Part shown: positions 56,403-64,000 of the stretch, in pieces | How the letters are laid out: each line of letters begins with the position of its first letter | Numbering within the stretch: position 1 is the stretch's first letter | DNA from: Candidatus Ryanbacteria bacterium CG10_big_fil_rev_8_21_14_0_10_43_42 | GTDB lineage: Bacteria; Patescibacteriota; Minisyncoccia; Ryanbacterales; 2-02-FULL-48-12 | Assembly: GCA_002793915.1 (NCBI GenBank) | Contig: PFEF01000008.1 | Span: 18,159 to 82,158, forward strand | Direction of reading: 5' to 3' | DNA length: 64,000 nucleotides | Notes under the pieces: model-generated | Told to the model about the DNA's origin: nothing | Seen by the model: the letters and a program-made list of their open reading frames with translations, nothing else | The model's database searches: none | Position numbers and translations under genes: made by a program

Positions 56403-56987
56403 ATGATATCACGCATTGAAGGCATGATTGTACTCAAGGGAAATCGGTTTCTTGTTATAGATGTGGGCGGCGTGGGGTATAAGGTGTTCGTAGCGCCCGA
56501 GACCCTTAGAGCCATTCCGTCAGATCAGGGTTCTATAGCATTGTGGACGCATACGCATGTGAAGGAAGATGTTTTGGATTTATACGGATTTCCAACTTTT
56601 GCTGAAATGAGTTTCTTTGAGACGCTCATTTCGGTTTCCGGCGTAGGACCGAAATCAGCGCTGGGTATTTTGGGTGTTGCTCCTCTCGATACCCTGAAGC
56701 GCGCAATAGCATCGGGAGAGACGATATATCTTACCAAGGTGTCCGGTATCGGTAAACGTGTGGCGGAAAAAATCATAGTGGAGTTACGAGATAAGCTAGG
56801 TGGAGACACGATGAGTGATGAGGTGCGTGAGACTATGCAGGGAGATGCCGATGTTATTGATGCTCTTCTTGCTATGGGATACGGTCAGCGAGAAGCACGC
56901 GAGGTTATTCAGAAAATTCCGGCAGACATTACGGAAACAAAAAAACGTCTCGCGGAAGCACTTAAAATTATGGGAAAAGGACAATAG
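56403..56987 (+). CDS. ruvA: Holliday junction DNA helicase subunit RuvA
   Basis: 194 aa; OB-fold N-terminus, HhH motifs (VSGVGPKSA; VSGIGKRVAEKI). Confidence 0.9.
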   Translation: MISRIEGMIVLKGNRFLVIDVGGVGYKVFVAPETLRAIPSDQGSIALWTHTHVKEDVLDLYGFPTFAEMSFFETLISVSGVGPKSALGILGVAPLDTLKRAIASGETIYLTKVSGIGKRVAEKIIVELRDKLGGDTMSDEVRETMQGDADVIDALLAMGYGQREAREVIQKIPADITETKKRLAEALKIMGKGQ

Positions 56988-56991
56988 TATT

Positions 56992-58269
56992 ATGCAGGAA
57001 CCGACAGAAACAATATTGCGTTTTTTCCGCCGCTTAATTCCGGAGCGGCTCTTTATTATATTTCAGCCGTACTACCATAAAATTCTTTCGGGCTTTGCTT
57101 CTATGCTTTATCGCCGACCGTCGAAGAATCTTATCGTTATAGGTGTTACCGGTACAAACGGAAAATCAACTACGGTAGAGTTTCTTTCCGAAATTCTTAC
57201 GGAGGCTGGGTATCGTGTGGCGTCGACATCCTCTATTCGTTTTCGTATTCACGACCGTGAAAAAACAAATACAGCGAAGATGACTATGCCGGGGCGGTTT
57301 ACATTACAAAAGTTTTTACGCAGTGCTGTGCGCGCCGGATGCACGCATGCGGTTCTTGAAGTAACATCCCAGGGTATACGGCAATTTCGGCATGCAAATA
57401 TTGATTTTACTATAGCGGTTATTACAAATATAACCCCCGAACACATAGAATCACACGGATCTTTTGAAGAATACAGAAAAGCAAAGGCGGAGCTGTTTGC
57501 TTTGGCACCTATTCACGTTCTTAACAAAGACGATAAAGAGACGTACGATCATTTTTTGCGCATACCCGCTGATGAGCGGCATGTGTACAGTGTTCTGGAT
57601 ATTCCTAAAAAACTGCATCTGAAGATACCGGGTGAATTTAATAAAGAAAATGCGATGGCGGCCCTCACCGCGGCGCGTGTATTGGGTGTCGATGATAAAG
57701 TAAGTATGCGCGCCCTTTCACAAATAACATATATACCCGGGCGCCTGGAGATTATACAAGAAGAGCCGTTTGGTGTTGTAGTGGATTATGCTCATACGCC
57801 GGACGCACTGGAGAAGGTATACGAATCTTTTGATGTAGGCACGCATAAACTTATTTGCGTTCTAGGATCCACCGGTGGCGGGCGGGATACTTGGAAGCGT
57901 CCGGAACACGGACGCATTGCCGCGGAGCATTGCAATAGTATATTTCTTACCGATGAAGATTCTTATGACGAACCTCTGGATCATATTTTAAAAGATGTGG
58001 AAAGGGGTTTTTATAAAGCACCGTCCTTGCAGACAAAAAAACTTCATTATGAAAAAATTTCCGACAGAAAAAAAGCCATTGAAAAAGCCATTATGTCGGC
58101 ACAAAAGGGAGATGTTGTTATTATTACGGGGAAAGGTTCCGAATCGGTTATGATGGGGCCGGACGGTACGCGCATTCCTCACGATGATAGGGAGGTGGTA
58201 CGCACGATACTGGCACAAAGGAAAAAAAATCATGGAAATGGAAAAGGAGGTCTATCTCATACTGCATAA
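56992..58269 (+). CDS. murE: Mur ligase, MurE-like (UDP-MurNAc-tripeptide synthetase) lacking typical N-terminal domain
   Basis: 425 aa from ATG 56992; GVTGTNGKSTT P-loop, DYAHTPDAL motif; longest ORF (from 56815) overlaps ruvA and is rejected. Confidence 0.7.
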   Translation: MQEPTETILRFFRRLIPERLFIIFQPYYHKILSGFASMLYRRPSKNLIVIGVTGTNGKSTTVEFLSEILTEAGYRVASTSSIRFRIHDREKTNTAKMTMPGRFTLQKFLRSAVRAGCTHAVLEVTSQGIRQFRHANIDFTIAVITNITPEHIESHGSFEEYRKAKAELFALAPIHVLNKDDKETYDHFLRIPADERHVYSVLDIPKKLHLKIPGEFNKENAMAALTAARVLGVDDKVSMRALSQITYIPGRLEIIQEEPFGVVVDYAHTPDALEKVYESFDVGTHKLICVLGSTGGGRDTWKRPEHGRIAAEHCNSIFLTDEDSYDEPLDHILKDVERGFYKAPSLQTKKLHYEKISDRKKAIEKAIMSAQKGDVVIITGKGSESVMMGPDGTRIPHDDREVVRTILAQRKKNHGNGKGGLSHTA

Positions 58270-58708
58270 TATCCGCAGTCTTCATAATGTAGGGTCCTTA
58301 TTTCGAACAGCGGATGCGGCCGGCGTTGCGGGTATTATCCTTACGGGGTACACATCAAAGCCGATTAGTGCACTCGGATATGTTCGTCCGGAGATTGCAA
58401 AAACAGCGTTGGGAGCGGAGCATGTCGTATCATGGAAATACAAAAAAAGCATAAGAAATGTCGTATGCCAGTTAAAAAAAGAGGGCGTTTCCGTTGTGGC
58501 GCTTGAGCAGGGTGAACAAGCGGTCGATTATAGAGCATACGTGCCAGCATATCCCATGGCGCTTATTGTCGGTAATGAGGTGCGTGGTTTGTCAAAAGCA
58601 TTACAGAAACAATGCGATACGGTTATTCACATTCCCATGCGGGGAGTAAAGGAGTCATTAAATGTTTCGGTGGCGGGAGGAATTGCTCTTTTTGAGCTAA
58701 TGCGCTAA
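58232..58708 (+). CDS. SpoU/TrmH-family RNA 2'-O-methyltransferase
   Basis: 158 aa; NVGSLFRTADAAG, LIVGNEVRGL, SLNVSVAGGIALFEL SPOUT motifs; overlaps murE 3' end. Confidence 0.7.
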   Translation: MEMEKEVYLILHNIRSLHNVGSLFRTADAAGVAGIILTGYTSKPISALGYVRPEIAKTALGAEHVVSWKYKKSIRNVVCQLKKEGVSVVALEQGEQAVDYRAYVPAYPMALIVGNEVRGLSKALQKQCDTVIHIPMRGVKESLNVSVAGGIALFELMR

Positions 58709-58778
58709 AGGTAATATATAGAACAACGTTGAAAACATATCTTGTTTTCCGTATATTGCATACCATATACTATATATC

Positions 58779-59354
58779 ATGAATGAAATCGTACTTGATA
58801 TCGAAACAAAAAAATCATTTCAGGAAGTGGGGGGAAAAAACAATATGCATCTCTTGGGCGTATCGGTCGTTGGCGTGTATCAGTATGCCGACGATTCATT
58901 TCGGGCGTATGAAGAAAAGGATTTTTCCGAACTTGAACAGGTCCTTAAAAACACATCGCGCGTTATAGGTTTTAACAGTAAATATTTTGATTTTCCTGTT
59001 TTACAACCACACATACAAATTGATTTAAAGTTGATTCCGCACCTTGATCTTATAGAGGCAACGCAAGATCACTTGGGTTTTCGCGTATCCCTCGATAATT
59101 TGGCAAAGATTAATTTAGGTGTGGGAAAAAGCGGGCATGGTTTGGATGCGATAACCTGGTGGCGGGAAGGGAACATAGAAGCCATTAAAAAATATTGCCT
59201 GGATGACGTTCGTATTACGCGTGATATTTATGAGTATGGAAAAAAACACGGTAAGGTGGCGGCGGAAACACGGACCGATCCGCGGGTAGATATACCGGTA
59301 CATTGGGAAATCGCAAAAGACGACCCGCGATATGTACAGGGATCTCTCTTTTAA
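58779..59354 (+). CDS. DEDD-type 3'-5' exonuclease (RNase H-like fold)
   Basis: 191 aa; LDIETK ExoI motif, FNSKYFDFPVL, YCLDDVRITRDIY ExoIII-like. Confidence 0.6.
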   Translation: MNEIVLDIETKKSFQEVGGKNNMHLLGVSVVGVYQYADDSFRAYEEKDFSELEQVLKNTSRVIGFNSKYFDFPVLQPHIQIDLKLIPHLDLIEATQDHLGFRVSLDNLAKINLGVGKSGHGLDAITWWREGNIEAIKKYCLDDVRITRDIYEYGKKHGKVAAETRTDPRVDIPVHWEIAKDDPRYVQGSLF

Positions 59355-59376
59355 TACATAAGAAAGTGAAAAAGAA

Positions 59377-59407
59377 ATACCACCCCTCAAGGGCGGTATT
59401 TCTTTTG
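59377..59407 (+). terminator. rho-independent terminator after exonuclease gene
   Basis: ATACCACCC-n5-GGGCGGTAT (one mismatch) then TTCTTTTG. Confidence 0.55.
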
Positions 59408-59553
59408 AATCTTAATAATGTATGGTGGGCGATCATCTTTTACCTAGAACTGAATTATTACCTAAATACCACGAAAAGTACAATTTAGTGTTGATTTGCA
59501 ACGAAATTGATACATTAATTAAAAGAATTGCTTGCAGAAATTAATAGACAAAC

Positions 59554-59587
59554 AAAAAAGCACCACCAAGGCGGTGGTGCTTTTTTT
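59554..59587. terminator. strong bidirectional rho-independent terminator
   Basis: AAAAAA-GCACCACC-aaggc-GGTGGTGC-TTTTTTT; 6 nt downstream of stop of minus-strand gene 59594-61132. Confidence 0.7.
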
Positions 59588-59593
59588 AGATGG

Positions 59594-61132
59594 CTATGAC
59601 CCCAATAATATTCGTAAGTTTGCTGACATTGAGACCATAATGTTATCCATCATCTCATATGCATCTTCATTGGTAGAATATTTAATTTTTGCTTCTCCCA
59701 TTGAATAAGCCAAGAATGATACTGCGTTTAGCAGGTCTTTATTATCCTTGTTTTCAAGGATAAAACGTCGGTAAAATGGATGGGCAATATTCCATAGAAT
59801 AATTGTCTTTTTACCTTGTTTTTCTACGTCAAATATAATTCCCGCGCTTCCAAAATCATGTAATTCAAACTTTGCTATTTCAGGAAGAGATGGGCGTCCT
59901 CTGTGTTTATCTGTCTCCGGCGTTTTATTTTCTTCTTTCTCTCTTGCTTTTCGTGTTCTTTTTACAGGTATTTCCTTTTTTGCGTCAGACACATCAAGGA
60001 GTTTTCTGCTTTGAGCTATAGCTTTTTCAGCATCACTAAAGTTTAAATCTTCTGACTCTTCTACAGAATGGATTTTTCGGAAGCGGTTCCGAAGAGTATC
60101 GATTTGCGGCAATACATCATTTTTCAACTTGTCTAACACCGCTTGTGATGGTTTCACACCATGTTTGGAGTAATTAACACCCATAGCCTGATCTAATGTT
60201 CCCGGGAAGAATATCTCAACTCGTACTCGGTTTAGATCATTGTGTTTTGAGAAAATATTTAGCGTTTCCCCACCAGAGATTTGTCTATGGTTCCTAATTA
60301 GATAAAATCCTTGATTTGTTTGATTGAGTTTAAGTTTCCTGTTTATTGATTGGTCAAACATGGGAAGAACATGGATCTTAACAACTATTTCTTCTTCTCC
60401 AATGTTTGGAACTTTAATCGAAAACTTTTCACTACTGTAAAGTTCAGACCGTTTTTTATATTCATCCACCAAAATACCATCTTGCCACATGGGATCCACA
60501 ATATCAACTTTAGAGTTGTTAACTGTAATAACTTTGCCCGCGCGGAGAAACTCTCTGAATACTTCACCAAAATACTTACTTACCCTGTCAGAAAGCTCAT
60601 TAATATCCGTATAATTAACCTGATCACACTTTTCAATGATTAGTACCGTTCCGCATTTATCCAACCCATATCCTGCCGCAATACGCATATCCTCTTTGGA
60701 TGATTTCTCCCTGTAAACCTTAAAGTCATTAACTTCCGCCATATAATCCAAATCCATAATACCGGTGAGCATATCTTGTCCTTCCTCTTTGGTGTATATA
60801 ACAACCCTTCTTCCTATGGATATAGATGCGGTTACAAGCCCCATCCCAAACCTACCAAGGTCTGACTGGGTATCACGGGAAGTTAGAGATCCTAATTTTA
60901 GTGCTTGTTCTAATACATCTTCACTCATCCCGATCCCGTTGTCTGCAATAGATACCCGATAATCCTCCCTGTTTTTTTCAATTTTTATGTCTATAAGACT
61001 GGCGTCAGCATCAAGCGAATTATCTACCAAATCAGCTAAAGCGATGCTGTTATCATAGCCGCTAAATCGAAGGGACTCCATCAGTTTAGAGGCGTTAGGA
61101 GTATTATTCCTAGAGAAGTTTTTGTATTCCAT
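59594..61132 (-). CDS. stand-alone GHKL (Bergerat-fold, MORC/HATPase_c_3-like) ATPase with ~350-aa C-terminal domain of unknown function
   Basis: 512 aa; N-box LADLVDNSLDA, G1 IADNGIGM, G2 GRFGMGL in first 110 aa; followed by AT-rich islet. Confidence 0.65.
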   Translation of the reverse strand: MEYKNFSRNNTPNASKLMESLRFSGYDNSIALADLVDNSLDADASLIDIKIEKNREDYRVSIADNGIGMSEDVLEQALKLGSLTSRDTQSDLGRFGMGLVTASISIGRRVVIYTKEEGQDMLTGIMDLDYMAEVNDFKVYREKSSKEDMRIAAGYGLDKCGTVLIIEKCDQVNYTDINELSDRVSKYFGEVFREFLRAGKVITVNNSKVDIVDPMWQDGILVDEYKKRSELYSSEKFSIKVPNIGEEEIVVKIHVLPMFDQSINRKLKLNQTNQGFYLIRNHRQISGGETLNIFSKHNDLNRVRVEIFFPGTLDQAMGVNYSKHGVKPSQAVLDKLKNDVLPQIDTLRNRFRKIHSVEESEDLNFSDAEKAIAQSRKLLDVSDAKKEIPVKRTRKAREKEENKTPETDKHRGRPSLPEIAKFELHDFGSAGIIFDVEKQGKKTIILWNIAHPFYRRFILENKDNKDLLNAVSFLAYSMGEAKIKYSTNEDAYEMMDNIMVSMSANLRILLGS

Positions 61133-61312
61133 TTTATTTGACCTCGATAGCTATTAACCACCAAGATCGGTTAATTTTAATAAACAAAAACAGACCACAT
61201 AGAGCGTCTGTGTACGTTAAAAATATTATGGATCCATAAGCTTTTAGATTAGGCCTCGATAACGCCGTAGCGCCACCAAAACACTGCTTATAATTTAATA
61301 TCTCCAGTATAC

Positions 61313-61651
61313 ATGATGAGATTTTTTTGTCAAGCGCATGTGATCATGTATAGTGAAGACATGTTTAGAAACGAGGAGAAATCTGAACACAAAGACCTGC
61401 CCACCACACTAGAGTCCTTGGACACGGGTGATGGGCTATACATTGCTATTGGTGATCCATTGCCCAACGGAGACGTAAAAGTAAACTACTTTTACAGCAA
61501 TGAGATACCTAAACTGAAAGCAAAAGTTGGAAATACTGTGCGCCAAATGAAAATCTCGTATGACTCTGTTGCGTACGACAACAATCAGTTGCTACATCTT
61601 TTATTTGGAAAAACAAAAAAGTTTCGTGAACAAGTTAAAGAAAAAAACTAA
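61313..61651 (+). CDS. hypothetical protein in AT-rich islet
   Basis: 112-aa ORF, no motif; possibly degenerate. Confidence 0.3.
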   Translation: MMRFFCQAHVIMYSEDMFRNEEKSEHKDLPTTLESLDTGDGLYIAIGDPLPNGDVKVNYFYSNEIPKLKAKVGNTVRQMKISYDSVAYDNNQLLHLLFGKTKKFREQVKEKN

Positions 61652-61826
61652 CCCGGATAATGTTTTTGTTGACAGCAAAGAACTTGTTGAGTTTCTTCAT
61701 GGTGCCATTCGCGCCAAAGGAAGAACGACGCAACATACGCAATTTTCAGTAAGAGAAGCGATATTTCTATCCGAACTTATTTTACACAAACAAAACGATC
61801 TAGTCCTATTTGTAATTGCGGACTAT

Positions 61827-62045
61827 ATGGCTGATAACTACCACAGTAGAGTTTCTGTATTTGCAAATGGTGCTTCATTCAGACGATTGCAATTCTTCAA
61901 ACAATTTCTTTTGCATAAAGGAAATGCTACTAAAGCGGCAATTGGTGCTGGCTACAGTCCAAAATCAGCCAAGCAACAGGGTCATAGATTACTTCGTTGG
62001 ATACAAAATAATCAACACAAATCAGTATCTGGGTTTCCTCTATAA
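61827..62045 (+). pseudogene. fragment resembling N-terminal HTH of phage terminase small subunit
   Basis: LQFFKQFLLHKGNATKAAIGAGYSPKSAKQQGHRLL matches Terminase_2-type HTH; ORF stops ~35 aa later (full-length ~150 aa expected). Confidence 0.4.
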
Positions 62046-62132
62046 GTCATCAAAAGTAAGCATTTTACTCGAACCAATAGAAACTCTTGCCTAAAGTAAG
62101 CCGGATCCACTGATTTGCTATCAATGGCATAT

Positions 62133-62429
62133 TTAGTGATTTTGTTCTTTGGCTTTACTCGAAAAAGTAATCCCTATCCCAAGCAACACGATGAATACAC
62201 TCAATTGAACCAGCCCATGGAGCGAGAAAGCCTCAAAAATGAAATTAAGTATATAACCAAGATAAGGAATAAACACTGTCCAAGTTGGGGGAGTAGGGAT
62301 CGCAAAACCAAACAAATCTCTTGCAAACGGCTCATCAGGTTCTTTAGAAACTATCATTGAAAAACTTATGAGGAAAACGATAGCAATCCCGATAAAAAAA
62401 TTGCCAACAATTCTATTTAATTTTAACAT
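62133..62429 (-). CDS. small membrane protein (98 aa, 3 TM)
   Basis: hydrophobic ORF; start codon abuts repeated leader element copy 1. Confidence 0.45.
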   Translation of the reverse strand: MLKLNRIVGNFFIGIAIVFLISFSMIVSKEPDEPFARDLFGFAIPTPPTWTVFIPYLGYILNFIFEAFSLHGLVQLSVFIVLLGIGITFSSKAKEQNH

Positions 62430-62510
62430 ATTTTCGCGTAGGTTTTAAGCTAATAATTGCTCACACAAAAAGTCCGCATAACACACATCGACAATTCTTT
62501 TCGGATACTG
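62430..62510 (-). repeat. repeated 5' leader element, copy 1 (~80 nt)
   Basis: TTCGCGTAGGTTTTAA..ACAAAAAGTCCGCATAAC..CACATCGACAATTCTTTTCGGA shares ~75% identity with 63317-63400. Confidence 0.5.
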
Positions 62511-62558
62511 CGGGATATTCCAAAGAATAACTTATTGATTACATACTTTCAGGCATCA

Positions 62559-62963
62559 CTACGATAACCACACAAGGCGCACAAATATGAGATAACCAAG
62601 CAGTAGAATTACCGTTATTGGTGTAAAAACCAACATCATTCGCCATTCTTTTTTATCTTTTGTTTTGTCTAAACGCATAAGCGATATTGTGCCGGTGGCA
62701 ACAGCAAAGATCATAAATACGATGGTCAGATACAAAGACGCAACAAAAAGGTTCTCGGAAGCAAAGAACAGGAAATCATCCAAATCTTCATGCCTTTCTA
62801 ACCAGTCTGACAAGTATTCATACCTGTATACAAAATCATATAACCAGTCAAACGACGACGGCAAAAATGTTCCTATCCCCACCCACAGTAATCCAATAAC
62901 ATACAGCACAATGAAAACGAGAGTAAGTTTTGAGTATTTATTTGTTGTTGAAAACATATTCAT
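62559..62963 (-). CDS. polytopic membrane protein (134 aa)
   Basis: hydrophobic ORF 8 nt downstream of 62972-63316 gene (operon). Confidence 0.45.
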   Translation of the reverse strand: MNMFSTTNKYSKLTLVFIVLYVIGLLWVGIGTFLPSSFDWLYDFVYRYEYLSDWLERHEDLDDFLFFASENLFVASLYLTIVFMIFAVATGTISLMRLDKTKDKKEWRMMLVFTPITVILLLGYLIFVRLVWLS

Positions 62964-62971
62964 GGTTTATA

Positions 62972-63316
62972 TTATTTTCCTCTAATAAACAAAGTTTTTA
63001 TCCTATGGCGTAGTAGTATCAAGATCCCCAAAATTATGAAAACGAGCCTCAACAATGGTTCGTCAGTAATATCACCCCCTACTTTTCCAAGAAAAACGCC
63101 GGGAAGTAAACCAACTACTACCAGCAAATAACCAAACAAGTCCCATTCGGAGCGATTATTTTTTTTGTAATTTTCTAGCGACTCTTTGTCAGTTATTGTA
63201 GACTGAAAATAATCTTCTCGCGCTTTTCCTTTTAGAAAAGGTGGGATTGGCTTGCCTACCAACTTAAAGTTAGGTTTGTACAGCTCATCCTGCTTTTTTT
63301 CGTTTTGATTTTCCAT
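62972..63316 (-). CDS. small membrane protein (114 aa)
   Basis: start MENQNEKK at 63314-63316 abutting leader copy 2; longest ORF (to 63442) would read through the repeat. Confidence 0.45.
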   Translation of the reverse strand: MENQNEKKQDELYKPNFKLVGKPIPPFLKGKAREDYFQSTITDKESLENYKKNNRSEWDLFGYLLVVVGLLPGVFLGKVGGDITDEPLLRLVFIILGILILLRHRIKTLFIRGK

Positions 63317-63400
63317 GTTCGCGTAGGTTTTAACTATTAAAAGTTGGCCACAAAAAAGGCCGCACAACTCACACCGACAATTCCTTTCGGAATTGTCCAG
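63317..63400 (-). repeat. repeated 5' leader element, copy 2, containing perfect 9-4-9 palindrome GACAATTCC-TTTC-GGAATTGTC (63376-63397)
   Basis: direct comparison with 62430-62510. Confidence 0.5.
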
Positions 63401-63418
63401 CACCCTTTCGGGTACTGA

Positions 63419-63465
63419 CCTACGCGAATAAGTGGCGGTCATGCGACCATCTTTATTCGCGTAGG
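63419..63465. repeat. 13-bp perfect inverted repeat CCTACGCGAATAA-n21-TTATTCGCGTAGG
   Basis: direct reading; shares CGCGTAGG core with both leader copies. Confidence 0.5.
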
Positions 63466-63523
63466 ATTTGATACCATACCTTTAGAAATCTAAAGGGTTA
63501 GGTTTGTAAGTATAATTATATAA

Positions 63524-64000
63524 TCACAATTGTGATAAGGGAAGCTGATCTTCTTTCTTCAAGCTCATTTCTCTATAGATCTTCTTTAAGCTTTCCTTCG
63601 CATATCTTATAAAAGTATCATATTCTTCTTTTTGCCTATCAACTTCTTTCAAGAATGCCTCATACATTTTAAGAGACCCCGGCATGTTGTTATTCTTTTC
63701 GTACATTAAGCCTTGTACAAAAAGAAGCTCTTTTTTGCTTTGATATTTTTTATAGTATTCAGCTAAAAACACTAATACACTATTGAGCGTAAAATCCGTT
63801 ACATATCCATCAAGTGCCTTCTTATACAAATTAAACGATCTTTCAAAATTGCCTTCAAGTAAAACAAGAAAGGCTTCGCTATATCTCCAAGCACTATCAG
63901 GTAAACTACTGTTCCTATTTTGTTTTTTAATTTGTTTAATAACTTTTTTTGACCCCAACACATCTCCTTTTTCAAAAAGGTATAAGGCTTTGCTTAAACG
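63524..64000 (-). CDS. TPR-like helical-repeat protein, 5' end likely beyond window
   Basis: ORF remains open to window edge in same frame (..LSKALYLFEKGDVLG upstream of annotated Met); repeated A/Y/L helical pattern. Confidence 0.4.
   Translation of the reverse strand, partial: RLSKALYLFEKGDVLGSKKVIKQIKKQNRNSSLPDSAWRYSEAFLVLLEGNFERSFNLYKKALDGYVTDFTLNSVLVFLAEYYKKYQSKKELLFVQGLMYEKNNNMPGSLKMYEAFLKEVDRQKEEYDTFIRYAKESLKKIYREMSLKKEDQLPLSQL

Noticed and set aside
56815-56991. In-frame upstream extension of the Mur ligase ORF
   Set aside because: Overlaps ruvA coding sequence on the same strand in another frame; Mur ligase homology begins after ATG 56992.
1-64000. CRISPR arrays, rRNA and tRNA genes
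   Set aside because: No regularly spaced direct repeats, no cloverleaf-like candidates noticed in intergenic regions, and no rRNA-like conserved stretches; a tRNAscan/Infernal run is still needed to be definitive.

Overview
This 64-kb window is a chromosomal segment at about 45% GC from what looks like a small-genome, monoderm-type bacterium. Many genes lack Shine-Dalgarno sequences, YidC is short, there is a PilB pilus ATPase, and several secretion genes are Gram-positive-type. These traits fit Patescibacteria/CPR, but that placement is inference only.

The window contains the chromosomal replication origin: rpmH-rnpA-yidD-yidC-jag on the minus strand faces dnaA-dnaN on the plus strand, with DnaA boxes on both sides of dnaA. 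It also carries many housekeeping genes. These are rpsO, an NYN-domain gene, pnp, comM, uvrD, rsmA, pyrF, a PBP1A, tyrS, ruvC-yebC-ruvB, pilB, tsaE, polA, a histidine kinase with a tandem-REC response regulator, holA, rpsT, uvrB, ruvA, murE, a SpoU methyltransferase, a Xer recombinase, and a sigma-28-like factor with a C-terminal extension.

Two regions stand out:
1) 16.2-28.4 kb is a co-directional block of secreted and membrane proteins built around a VirB4-family ATPase. A VirB6-like polytopic protein, a VirB3-like small membrane protein, a separately encoded VirB4 N-domain and a pilin-like small protein give it a minimal Gram-positive-type T4SS-like layout. Secreted proteins with Asp-rich calcium-binding-type repeats and Cys-rich domains flank it.
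2) 59.6-64 kb is an AT-rich accessory islet. It holds a stand-alone MORC/GHKL-type ATPase, a phage terminase small-subunit fragment, small membrane proteins, and a duplicated 5' leader element of about 80 nt with strong inverted repeats.

Other oddities are an intergenic segment at 43.6-43.85 kb with a near-consensus promoter and an 18-bp long-range inverted repeat (candidate small RNA or miniature IR element), and a pair of adjacent secreted proteins with paralogous signal peptides, one extremely Tyr/Asn/Arg-rich. No CRISPR array, rRNA or tRNA gene was recognised by eye.
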